A DNA stretch of 63,128 nt, filler included, from Bipalium vagum (taxonomy: Eukaryota): the NCBI GenBank assembly GCA_037834085.1. It is 3 parts of 3 records of this genome, joined end to end, with 100 filler letters (N's around TTAATTAATTAA, not from the genome) between each part and the next. Parts side by side here need not be neighbours in the genome. Positions count along the whole stretch, not along the records: positions 45,735 to 63,128 come from JBBMKC010068251.1; 2 more parts are not named here. One strand, given 5' to 3'. The notes under the pieces are model-generated. The model did not search any database. It saw only the letters and a list, made by a program, of their open reading frames with translations, and was not told the DNA's origin. Shown here one piece after another: positions 52,101-63,128 of this stretch. Positions within the stretch are counted from its first letter, which is position 1. Each line of letters starts with the position of its first letter. The position numbers and the translations under genes were made by a program.

Positions 52101-55100
52101 AGAGTTTTGTACTTTTAAATATAATTTATTTTAATTTATTTATCTCAAATTCCATGTTTATTATAAATCAATATATTATTATTTAGGATCTATTTAAGTT
52201 TACACTACATTTCTGTAAAAGTTGTGTCAAATTTAGTTGATTTTTTATGTAGTGTCAAGGTTAATTAATGACATTAGGTTGTGTCAAATTTAAATGATTT
52301 TTTTCCAGTTTCAATTTTCTCATGGTTATCAAATTTTAAAATGGAACTTAGGCAAATCATAAAAACAATCTAATGAATTGACATATTCGCAAATGAAATG
52401 CCAGGTATCGATTTCAGCCCCAGTCTTTATAAGATTGCGGTATTTTATAATTGGTAAAATAAAATCCCATACAACTGGATGGAATTGAAATTTTTGTCCA
52501 ATGCGACGAGGTAAGGCTCAATTACAACGTCAAATCTCACCGTTGCAGAGGACCAAGATTTGGGAACTAACAATTGTCGATATATCAGAGAATCCAGCTA
52601 TAGGATTCTGAATGGTAATTCCAGATAAAAAAGCCGATACAATGTTACCAATTATTAGAAGAGTCGTTCGTTCCGGTTCAATAATATATACCGATGAACA
52701 TGATATGTCTTATGTTAAATTGAACTTTTATTTTTTTTTAACAGAATTCATAAGGTTGGATACCTGGGAGGAAGAAACATTTAGTAAAACTCTACAACTA
52801 CTTAAGATATAATAAATTTTATAAAAGATGTTTTTATTGCTTTCCTTTCCAATTTTAATCATTTATTGTCAAATTTAATTGATTTTTTAAACTATTTATT
52901 GTTGAAGTTATGTTGTGTCAAATTTAAATGATAACATTATGTCGTGTAAGATTTATTTGTTGGTTATTGTAATGTCATGTTAATATGATCCATTATATAA
53001 TCGACATATTTTAATTGGATTTATAAAATTATTAAATATCAATAATTAAAAAATTAATTTAAAACGTCATACTATGGCATAAAGATTTTGCAGCGGTGAA
53101 GGTTTCGAAAAGTTATGATTCTATTTTAGATTTTCAAATAAAAGCCACTTTATAACCCGTATGAAATTTTCAATTGTAAAAATTCTTAATAAAACCTAAT
53201 GAAGACAATAACGAAGTTATTAAAAAATTAAGTTTCGAAGCAGTACTGAATTATTTTCATGAATTAAAATAATACTTTGTAAGTTTGGATAATAAAGATT
53301 GTCACTTATAAGATTATAGATTATGGATATTGAAAAATTATTTAATAAACAAACGTTTAGAGGCAACAGACGACAATTATGGATTAATTTACGAAAAAAT
53401 AAAATTTTTGTTATAAATATTTTTTGGTTTGCTAAGTACTTTATCAAGTATCTATATTTATATAGTTTTGTAAGAATGGTTACGTATTCTTTTAAATTAA
53501 TTTATTTCCCTCTAATTTTTGCCAAACTTTAATTTTTTCGGGGTTTCCGATTTAGACAAATACATAATTGTATTAAAGATCAGAATGTATTTTAAATAGA
53601 TAATTTCTAATAATTAAAGAATAAATAAATTAAAACACTTTCCTAAATTCAAGTAAGACCGTAAAGTAATCAGTTTTCTTCTACATATGCTTATTTAAAG
53701 TTAATTATCTAATATATCATAAATCACGGTCTGTTGTTCTTTTTTATAGTAAATTTTATGCTCTTCATGGTTATAATAAATAATTTTGTTTCAATTTATT
53801 TCATAAACCTGGAAAATTTGAAGATATTGTATGATATTTTTGATCCATAAAGGAAAAAATTAAACAGAAGGCAAGAAAGAAATTTCTGCATTAAATGGCA
53901 ATATAGGGTGGCCACTGAAAAACTGATCTATTTAAAATTGAATATAATAATGATGTTTTAAAATTTTTTTAGATAATATTAAGTATCATTTGGAGATTTA
54001 AATGAGTAGATATGATATTTAACACAGAGTAAAAATAAGAGTTATTCGGTTCGAATGATAAGTCTATTATTTTAACACAAAGAAGATTTTAATGTAAATA
54101 AATCCCCTACCATAAACATGATTCGGAACTTATCTCTTGTTTTGAAAATACTGGATCAGTCGCAGATCTTCCTGGAAGAGGTCCTTGTCGGACTGTGAAT
54201 AATGACACAGCCATCCAATTTGTACAGCAGAGTGTGGTTCCTCAGAGAATTTTTCAGTAAATGAATAATTTCAAAAAATTCAAAATTCTGTTTATATTGA
54301 AATAATTCATTTTGAACAATTAAAATCAGGACAGATAATTAATGTTGTCATTTATTGTAATCAAGTGGACCAGTTTTATCAAAAATGATAATCAAACAAC
54401 CCACGTTGGTAAACTGGAAATCGGTAATTTTACAACAGGATAATACAAGACCTTAATCAGCAAGAATAATCCAGGAGAAGATCAGACAGCTGAGATTTAT
54501 GGTTCCAACGCATCCTCTACATTAACCTGACATGGCTTCGTCAGATTATTATTTATTCCGCTCTCTGGAACATAATTTGAGTAATATATCATTTAAAGAT
54601 ATTGATGATGTCAATTATGGATTAAAGGATTTCTTCGAGTCGAAAGATAGTAAATTCATAAATAGAATCCTAAGGTTAGAAGAATATTGGAAAGCGATAA
54701 TTGATAACAGTGATAAATATATTATTGGTTAGCTTGTTATTTCTAATAATAAAATAAATGTTTTAAGGAAATTCTTGAATAATTGATTACTTTCCGATCA
54801 CCTGATATACACTGTTAGAAAAAGCTTTATCGTGTCACTTAAAAAGACCATAAATATTTTAAATTGTACCTTATATTTAAATAAAATTTTAATTAAATCA
54901 ATCATTAATTGTCAATAAATTGTGAAGAAAATAAAAATTTCGTGCTTAATAATTAAAATATCTTGAAAATGTCGGTTTTTTATAAAATAAGAAATAAGTA
55001 AAAAAAGAAAGATCCTACTATTTAATATTAATATTTTCATCTATTAAAATTAAAATATTTAGTTCATTATCTTGAAGCTATGGACCTACAATTAGAAGAT

Positions 55101-55189
55101 GCAGAGCGTTTTCTAAAACGGATGTTCAACGATCAACGTTTACCTTTAGATTTTATCGACCAGTGCCTAAAATTCCACAAGACCATTAA
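46163..55189 (+). CDS. FERM-domain protein, FARP/Cdep-like (partial); exons 46163-46284, 46336-46433, 55063-55189
   Basis: Phase-consistent splicing gives TWLDLRKAIKKQ...FCIKFYTPDPNLLHDHLTKKLFVLQIKKDITNGELICSESTKILLGGLYLQ|IHYLEA...FIDQCLKFHKTI, the FERM F1/F2 pattern WLD..K.I.KQ..KFY.PDP..L...LQ.K.D...G.L.C. The third exon is less certain. Confidence 0.8.
46650..47765 (-). mobile_element. LTR-retrotransposon-like non-coding remnant
   Basis: Possible PBS-like TGGCGTTCGGATC on the minus strand near 47380-47392 and GC-richer blocks. No coding support. Confidence 0.25.
48348..48598 (+). mobile_element. 251-bp solo-LTR-like element containing tRNA-derived sequence
   Basis: TGTGAG...CTAACA termini, 5-bp direct repeat GTCCA at 48343-48347 and 48599-48603. 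It interrupts the Tc1 WPSxSPDLNPIE motif. Confidence 0.8.
48373..48580 (+). pseudogene. Split tRNA-Ala-derived sequence (CGC anticodon-like): 5' half 48373-about 48414, 3' part 48560-48580
   Basis: GGGGACG TA GCTCAGCGGTAGAGC ...CGC ATGTGAA and GTTCGAATCCCGG TGTCTCC A. The acceptor stem pairs with the G3:U70 alanine identity pair and A73. About 145 nt of AT-rich sequence replaces the variable loop and 5' T-stem strand, and the anticodon stem is degenerate. Confidence 0.8.
52186..52991 (+). mobile_element. Merlin (IS1016/ISXO2-like) DNA transposon, internally deleted (806 bp)
   Basis: Imperfect TIRs GGATCTATTTAAGTTTACACTACA and GGATCATATTAACATGACATTACA, 8-bp TSD ATTATTTA/ATTATATA, repeated GTTGTGTCAAATTTA motifs, transposase remnant VQCDE..LNYNVKSHR.RGP..VIPDKKADTMLPIIRRVVRSGSIIYTDE. 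Confidence 0.88.
53904..54240 (+). mobile_element. Tc1/mariner-superfamily 5' fragment (DUF4817-type HTH, rosa/DD41D-like)
   Basis: TIR-like TAGGGTGGCCAC start and translation FENTGSVADLPGRGPCRTV. Confidence 0.55.
54300..54805 (+). mobile_element. mariner transposase 3' fragment with right TIR
   Basis: VILQQDNTRP...HP...PDMASSDYYLFRSLEHNL...DFFESKD...WKAIIDNSDKYI*, ending TTACTTTCCGATCACCTGA-TA. Confidence 0.85.
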
Positions 55190-55399
55190 GTAAGATTTTA
55201 TGTTGTAAAAGTCTAAGCTTTATTTAATTATTGTACATTAAATTATATTACATTTTTTATTTTATTATATTATATTATATATTGATTTGAGGATTTCAAA
55301 ACGGTTTGGGTTGAACGGTTTTAACAAACCCTGAAATCACTGGGTTTGGATGTTTTATTTCACCTTTTTATTCGCGCGCATTACTTTATCTGGTTATTA

Positions 55400-55835
55400 C
55401 TTGAGGTATTGAGAAAGTTTTTGGCTCAATGATTTATAATGATTTTAACATCTGGCCTTACATCAAATCAATGTCTACATTAAATTCATTTAGCCTTTCA
55501 AAATGAAGCACCATCAAAGAGCAGCGTTTACAAATGGTTCGCCGAATTCATGCACATGTCTGAAGAATGAATTTCGTGATGTTATCCGTTAACATTCGTT
55601 TCAGCCACTAACATTAATGGTGTTCGTGTAATGATTGAAGAAATTGATATTTCACATACTGCAAAATTGAGAAATTCCTTGATATTAGCATGATATTAAA
55701 TGAACGAAGTTTTGTAGTTGTTAGTTGCACATAATTCGACATTTGAGAAAGAATATCGTGTAAAAATGGTTCCAAAAATAAATTATATTTTTAAGAGATT
55801 GTTCAAATTTGATTGACAATATTGTTACTGGTCAA
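55400..55835 (+). mobile_element. mariner transposase 5' (HTH) fragment
   Basis: GLTSNQCL..IHLAFQNEAPSKSSVYKWFAEF ... NIVTG. Confidence 0.7.
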
Positions 55836-58358
55836 TATTAAACATGGAAGCTTAAGTTTTATTATAATTCTTGAATAATATTTCGTAATCTTTTTTAGTA
55901 GGAGAAAAATTAAAAGAAACAAAATAATCTTACATAAAGTAATCTGACGCACTGAGAAAAATCTTGGTATAAAAAGCCTACATTTCCCAATAAATAAAAT
56001 TTTCTTACACAGATTTTATAGTTGACGTTACAGCAGTAAGATAATTTTTTTATATTTCTATTGGTTTTTAATTCAATTATTTTGTTTTAATTCAATTATT
56101 AAATAGTCAAAATTATAGACGGAGACGACTTTAAAATCAACGGCAATTATTAAAGTTCAGTTAATTTAATTTAATTTTCTTAGCATTAAATAGTAGATAA
56201 ATTATATTATTAAATAAAAATATATATAAATAATTTTACCAAATTTTGAGTTAAATTATTTTGAAAAATAATAATAATTTTCAATTTTTTAAACTTTGGA
56301 TATGAAGGAATGATCATAAAGGATTTATATAATTGATAATGTTATACTTATATCCGCTGAGTTAAGGAATCATGGTTTAGATTCGAAACATATCTTTTTC
56401 TCAAGGCATATATAAATTTTACTCTTCGTCTTTCGTTTCTGAAACTGAGGTCGATCAGTTGGTCTCATTCATTCATCCCTCTTCATTCCATTAGTTTTTC
56501 AAAAAAAAGACTAACATGATTTTCTCAGGATGTTATTAAACACTTTTGTATTGTCAAGTTCCTAAAAATGACTGTTTTAAGTTAAGAAGATTGAAATCGA
56601 GCTTTTAGGTTACTTAACAAAATGTTTAATATCAGAATGGTTTACTGCTGAACGTTCAAGCACAAAAACTGAAAATTACTGTCACAATAAACGATCAAAT
56701 AAAAATTCAAATGAACTGAGATGAAACAAATGATTTTAAAATATTTATTTGTAAATCTGGTTTTTACAATTAAAATCTTTATGTGATAATCAATTAAAGA
56801 AATCTTTTGGCACAAACTTTGTTTAAGGCGCAGAGGTTCTCAGCAATTTACCAGCTAGCGGTTGTGAAATTTTTAAAATAAAAAAAGGAAAAGGGAAAAA
56901 ATAAAACTTTATTTGATTCTCGAAAAGCTTCGAGCACTTATTTAGAAGAATTAATTAATAATAATATTACCAAGTCAATCGGTAAAGATTGCTTGATATT
57001 AGATAATATATTTTAAGAATAAAATAAACTGTTGTTAAGAAAATTCGTACAGAGTTTATAAAAAGTGAATAGAGATTTCTCAATAATTTTTTGCAAATGT
57101 TGATTGTCCACAGCTTCTTTGAAACTCTCTAGGGTAATTCGGTCTTATTGTTTTGCTTGAAATCGTCCTCTGCTGAATATTCGCTTGTCTCTTTTAGAGT
57201 GCTCTGTGTGGCTTACTGAGCCATTGGTGAGAACTATTGGGTGCGATTTTACTATTTTTCTATGATTTCTATTTTTAGAAATTCATATTATTTTATTTGC
57301 CTAAATTCTAATTTTAGAAACATATATTATTTTATTTATAGTTTTTTCTATTCATAGTAATTTCTATTTTCTAGATTTGTTTTCTATTTAAATCCTTTGT
57401 TTATTTGTTTTTGGTAATGTTAATAATTAATAATAAATAATAAAATAATAATAAGAATATTAATTGTATTCGTCTTTAATTTGATGATCCCACATTACAC
57501 AGATAAAAATCAAAAAAATTACAAAAGGAATTGTTTATCAAAAAATGTCATTATTCTGGGATACTCCACAGTATTACTAAGAAAAGAATTTTCGTTTCTT
57601 GTTCACTTCTACATTTATTCTTTAGTTCGAATAATTCTTTTCACCGAAAAATGGTATGTACATTAATTTGTATAAATGTACAGTACCCTTCTAGTATTCA
57701 TATTTTGAGGGTTTGATCCCGTATATATATCCTGTAGTAAATATTGACCGTTTGGAAAAATTTGTGTTTGGCTAATTTTACTGAAAAAATTTTCTAAAAA
57801 GAAATCTATTTTTTATTTTTTTATTGTTACTTTATTAGTGTAGATATCTCTATATTTCATCTACGTCGTTATTTATCTATCTATATATAAATATGTATGG
57901 ATTCGTAAGAAAATGTAGCGAAACCAGATCTCAGTGACGCAATAAAAAACATTTTTCGCAATTTATGTCAACCATATGCTTTTCCCGCAATATGTACTGG
58001 GGGAAAATAGACTCAGATCATTAAAATTGACAGAATATTTAATTACCGTGACAACTGCCAGCAGATGTAATAGGAATATATATATATATAATTTTTTAAA
58101 AAATAGCATCAAAATTATTTTCGGAGTGATACTTGTAATCTGCTTAGTCGGATTTTGTCGATTTTTTTATAATAATAAAAAAAATAAATATAATAATAAT
58201 ACTAAATAATAATAATATTATTATTCATTATCACTTTCTTAAGATCATTTCATTTACTAAAAATTATATAATTAACATTAATCATAATATATTTTAAAAT
58301 TTATAAAGTTTTCCCTTTCAGATTGAACGGTAATGAATATTGTTTGGTTTTCATTGTA

Positions 58359-59631
58359 TTAGTTCCACAAATATGACTCCGCCGTTTTTACCCTTATTTA
58401 AAATAAAATAAATAAAAAAACAACCAAAGCAAATTTATTAAAGATTTTTAATAAAAATAATTTCCTTCACTCATGACAACGTTTTCTCAAAGTTGGGGCA
58501 GTTTATGTATGCCATCATTGAAAACATTATTTGATTTAGAGGCAATCCAATGATCTGGCCATTTTTTTACATCCTCATAAGTCATAAAGCTGTGCTCTGA
58601 CAGACCATATGCCATCTAACAAAATAAATGATAATCGAGAGAGCAATGGTGGGTGAGGTAAGACATCCAATTTCAACTGTGTTATAGCCTCATCAACGGT
58701 TTTTGCGACATGAGGCCGAGCGTTGTCATGAAGCAATATTATCTTCCCATGTCTATCAGCTCATTCTGGTCGTTTGGCAGCGATTTCTTCGCTTAGTTGC
58801 ATTACCGGCTGTTGATAGCGATTGGCAGTCACGGTTTCACCAGGTTTCAAAAGTTCGTAGTACAGGATACCTTTTTGATCCCACCAGTTGCATAACAATA
58901 CTCTTTTTCCATTAATTGGAGTTGACTTTGTCAGCTGATCTGGATCAACCCAAGATCTTTTTCGTATGCGATTGGAGAAATATATCCATTTTTCATCGCC
59001 AGTTATTACACGATGAAGGAAAGATTTTCTTTTGTTCATTTTCATCAAAATTTCGCATTCGGTTTTTCTCTGCTCTTGACTTCTTTCTGTTAATTCATGA
59101 GGTACCCACTTTCCCACCTTCAGAATCTTTCCTAAACCGCGTAAGCGATTGGAGATTGTTTGTTGGGAAACATTCAATGATCAGCTAATTGTACCTGAGT
59201 TTGACAGTCGTCTTCGTCCAACAAGTCTTGCAAATCAGGGTCTTGAAATTTTTTTGGTGGATTTCCGTGGGCATTGTCATTAAGGTTAAAATTGCCCGTT
59301 TTGAATTTTGAAACCATTCCTGACATGTTCTTTTAGCTAAAGAATTGTTGTCATAAGCCTGTACTAGTAATTTATATGCTTCGGCAGCATTTTTCTTTAA
59401 ATTAAATAAAAATAATAAAGCTTCCCGCAAATGGTTATTTTCCAGCACAAATGTTGTCATCTAAAATAGTAAATAATTAATGATGTGCAAACTATTTTAA
59501 AAATTATTCTATTATTATAATTAGCGCTCAAAGTGAATATTATTTAAACAACAACAAATATACAAAAAATAATTTCATTTTTATTTTAATTATATAAAAT
59601 AAAAACGGCGGAGTCATATTTGTAGACCTAA
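58359..59631 (-). mobile_element. Full-length mariner element (1273 bp, Mos1-like) with inactivated transposase (about 59460 to 58470)
   Basis: TIRs TTAG(T/G)T(C)(C/T)ACAAATATGACTCCGCCGTTTTT at both ends with 2 mismatches, TA TSDs. Motifs HLREALLFLFNLKKNAAEA, WVPHEL, TGDEKW, LLHDNARPH, with frameshifts, stops and a deletion in YSPDLAPSD. Confidence 0.95.
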
Positions 59632-59770
59632 TATAAATATTGATAAGTTCAATAAAAATAAAATATAATAATAAGCACATGTAAAATATTAATGGTAATA
59701 GTAATAAATTAAAAATTCCTGAATAATAATATTATTTTTATTATTATTATTAATATTAATAATTAGGAAA

Positions 59771-60420
59771 TGTTATTTAGTCTTCTTTACATGCCATCAA
59801 TTATTTTTCATTAGTTAATAGGGTTTTTTATCCATAGACTATAAAAGCGGTTAATGCTGCCTGTACTCATAAATTATTTTTCTTTTATGCAGTATTATTT
59901 GTCTGAATTATTCCTTTTATTCCGGAACGACGTATCACTTAGGTTGTCCGGTTTGGAGCTCGGATTGATCGTGATCGAGCTCACAGAGTTGGTAGTTTTT
60001 AAAAAAACGAAAATAGTTGAATGAATATTTTTATTACAAAAGGTAGAGATAAATATCTCGATTCCGACTTTTCATCGTGTTATCGGTATGTTGTTCTAGA
60101 ATTCTCTGTACGACCGGATTCTGTGAAGTTCCATCGACATGGACATTGTGATTGGTTCGTGAACTTAATCTTTATCCTCCATTTCTTTGAGATATTTTTT
60201 TATTTTTTATTTTTTTGCTATTATCTGTTTTCTTATTTACTTGATCATCGCCTTATATTATTGTCAATCTATAACTTTATTTTTCATCATATAATTTTTT
60301 ATTAATTCGTATTATCTCTTTGGATTTTATTGATTTGGTGATTAATTGATTGGATTCAATTAAATCATTACTGGTTATTTTATTATTATCCTTATTAGTA
60401 TTTTATTGGTGGTGTATTGT
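59771..60420 (+). mobile_element. LTR-like segment
   Basis: Purine run then TGTTATT start, TATAAAA near 59840, GC-richer downstream block, possible PBS-like TGGTGG near 60407. No TSD or second LTR seen. Confidence 0.3.
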
Positions 60421-62349
60421 CAAAAGCTGAACAACATGCAGACAGGAACAATCGTCAATATATTATCTGATCATAAACTTATTGTGGTATGATTCAGTGG
60501 AGTATTAAGTTACTTAATCTTAGTTTTTATATATTATTCAATTAACTTATGTGATTGACGTAAAACTTAACCATATTAAAGATTTTGAAATTCTACCTCT
60601 TTTTATTGTATACATCTCTTTTCACTCAAACCATAGGAAAAAATGAGCTGCCTAATTTAATATTATTTATTCTAGTTATTAATTTAATTAAATAAATTTT
60701 AAATAAAATTAAAAATATTATTAAAGAAACAACTACTGAATTTTATTCAGTAGCATGTAAGTTAAACTAAATTAACTTTATAATTAATTAAATTAAGTTT
60801 ATATTTATAAACAGTTATTTAAAAAAGTACGCCATGATTGGCAGCTTAACTGTCTAATTAGAAACATTAAATAACAATGAAAATTACTTATATAAGCAAG
60901 CGTAAATTCATTACTTTTTGACCAAAATAAAGGCAAAAAGCAGAAGTGTTTTTATTATTTGGTAATTTTATTTTTGCAGACCAGGAGTATCCTGGCACAG
61001 TACTTTTAGTTTTTGAGGAGTGATTGAAATTTGCTTGAGACTGGTTTAGTGTTGTATTGTCTTATTTAAGTAAAGGGATCTACCCTTATTATAAAGATTA
61101 CAAGTGGTTATCTGCGTTTTGATTTTAATAGATTACAAGCTTAAGAAATATTTAGTTAACAGTAACTTCAGTTAGGTTAGGTGCGCTAAGGGGTTGTGAC
61201 AGAAAAGATACCAAATCAGGTTAGACAGAGGCTATATTACCAATTTTATAATATTTATATATATAATATATATATTTATAAAACCTCAATCATATTTTTC
61301 AATATATTAATTATTGTTATCAATCATGTCATTAATTTCTATTTGTTCATTTGTTAAAATGTGCGTATCAGTCTCGTATATAAAAATAAACAATATTATT
61401 CTGTTTCAAATGATGAATTAAAATTATAACATTTTAATTAAGTTTTAAGAAAATAACCTGACATCGTTATGCACTATTTATTTTAAATTATTTAAATCTA
61501 AGTTTTTGACATGTTATAATTTTTGTATATTCATTAATTTACGTTCAGCAACCAAAAATTAATCGTATCATTTATAAAACCTAATTATTTCTATTACAGT
61601 TTAATTTTCTAGAAAGTGTTTATGTTTACCAATTTAATATTAACTCGTTGAAAGATACGGCACCTATTGCCGACATGTGAACTAAGAAAAAAATTACGTG
61701 TTCGTCAACATAGTAAAATATGTCAAATTAATTTGGCAATTCTATTTAACTAAAAACCTTTAATGAATTTTTCTATTAAAATAGGAATTGTTGAGAATTA
61801 AAAAAGCACTATTTAAAAGACACATCAACTTTCTGATTGATTTTTTTTCAATCTCTGTTAACGGAAAATAATTATTATAAAAAATTGATGACAGAAAATA
61901 TAAAATTGCGCCAGGTAATCATCCTAATTCGGAAAAATCAAAAATAAATTGAATAAAGATTTTAATTCTGCGTGTTTTTGCCATTCAACTTTTTGGTGGT
62001 ATCTGTTTGTAGAAAATCGATTTTTCGTTATAGTTAAAGATATCAGCAACTCTGTTTTCCTCCATTTTAGTCAAGATGCTTTTAAAAAAATCATTTAAAT
62101 CGTTTCTATTTATATATTTGATTCTCCCGAGTTATGTTATTAATTTTAGATAATTAATTAATTTAAATAAAGGATAAAAAGATGGCACTTATTAAATCTA
62201 TACAGTTATGTTATTTATTATTGATTTGTTTAAATAAATACTTTTCACCTTCACGTGTTATATTTTATACTGTTATGAAGAACGAATTAACTTGCGACCA
62301 CAGCGGAAATGTCAATGTTGTCACAAGGAGACAAGACAGGAAAATAATT

Positions 62350-63128
62350 ATGGATGCTTTGCCGAGTAAAACCCAAGAGTTAATAAACTTTAATGTTCGC
62401 CGATTCAATGGTCGAAGTTCAAGTGAGGCTGAACGATGGTTCAAAGGTTATAGATGAATGGCTCTAACTTAATGACTTATGACTCAATGAAGTATTCGAT
62501 CTCTTGCTGATCTTTTTTTCGACCGGGATCATTCAGAGATGACTACAGAGCCGAAAGATCGAATCTTATATCAGGAATGAAGCCTTTCCCCATTGTCGGG
62601 AAGTCTTACAGAACGCACCAACGACAAGATAATCCCAGAATCTCGAATGAACATCGAGATACGCATCACAGGCAAGCCGATCTCAATAGAAGAGAACCAC
62701 CTAGGTATTCAATGAAACATATCACGAAGCGGGTGTACAACTCATCCAGCGGCTTACCATTACCTAAGGACGAACAGCTGAGGTCGGGTCAATGTTATTG
62801 TTGCGACTCAAACGATCATTTGCGTTCTCACTGTCCACTTCAGAATAGATGTTTGATTTGTGGCCAGCACGGACATCAATTTAGAGCTTGTCTTTTGTTA
62901 ATTTCAGCTCCCGCGCATCAGCGCCGGTCTGTGAAGTGTATTCACGAAGAAGCAGATGAGATAATACAAGACATTAGCAATCAAGAGGAATTGGACTGTG
63001 GATAGCATAGCTTACATTTCGTCTGTGGGATTGACTCAATGAACAAAATATGAAATCGAAATGTGGATGATGTAGAGATTTTTAAGACAGATGATGAAAG
63101 ACAGTGGAGTTGGATGCAGATAGAAGGA
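62350..63128 (+). mobile_element. Ty3/gypsy-like gag pseudogene with two CCHC zinc knuckles (runs off the window)
   Basis: VRRFNGRSSSEAERWF capsid-like start, CYCCDSNDHLRSHC and CLICGQHGHQFRAC (CX2CX4HX4C twice), with frameshifts. Confidence 0.8.

Noticed and set aside
1-63128. CRISPR arrays, rRNA genes, prokaryotic operons, telomeric repeats, spliced-leader RNA gene
   Set aside because: None seen. The sequence is intron-containing eukaryotic DNA with no regularly spaced repeat-spacer pattern.

Overview
Very AT-rich eukaryotic (metazoan) genomic DNA. Short 50-100 nt GT-AG introns, (AAT)n microsatellites and dense transposon debris suggest a triclad flatworm, but the organism is my inference. 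The window has three segments joined by two 100-nt gap linkers (44N-TTAATTAATTAA-44N). Host genes assembled by hand from splice sites: a Pointed/SAM-domain gene (3.6-4.1 kb), an intronless DUSP12/YVH1 phosphatase present twice in a 4.4-kb tandem duplication, six 5' exons of macoilin (MACO1/TMEM57), and three exons of a FARP/Cdep-like FERM gene. The rest is mostly decayed mobile DNA: mariner (one full-length copy with TIRs), Tc1, pogo/Tigger (one nested pair), Merlin, a Chapaev-like fragment, a Ty3/gypsy-like gag, LTR-like pieces, and a Polinton/Maverick (adintovirus-like) fragment with integrase, pX-like and adenain-like protease remnants. Most notable: (1) a 251-bp TG...CA insertion with a 5-bp TSD carrying a split tRNA-Ala with intact Pol III A and B boxes, inserted in a Tc1 transposase; (2) a templated 14-nt insertion at the DUSP12 duplication junction; (3) clustered C(GAA)G mini-hairpins in the Polinton genes; (4) a possible PNT-only protein. 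All protein family calls rest on motif recognition by eye; no database search was run.
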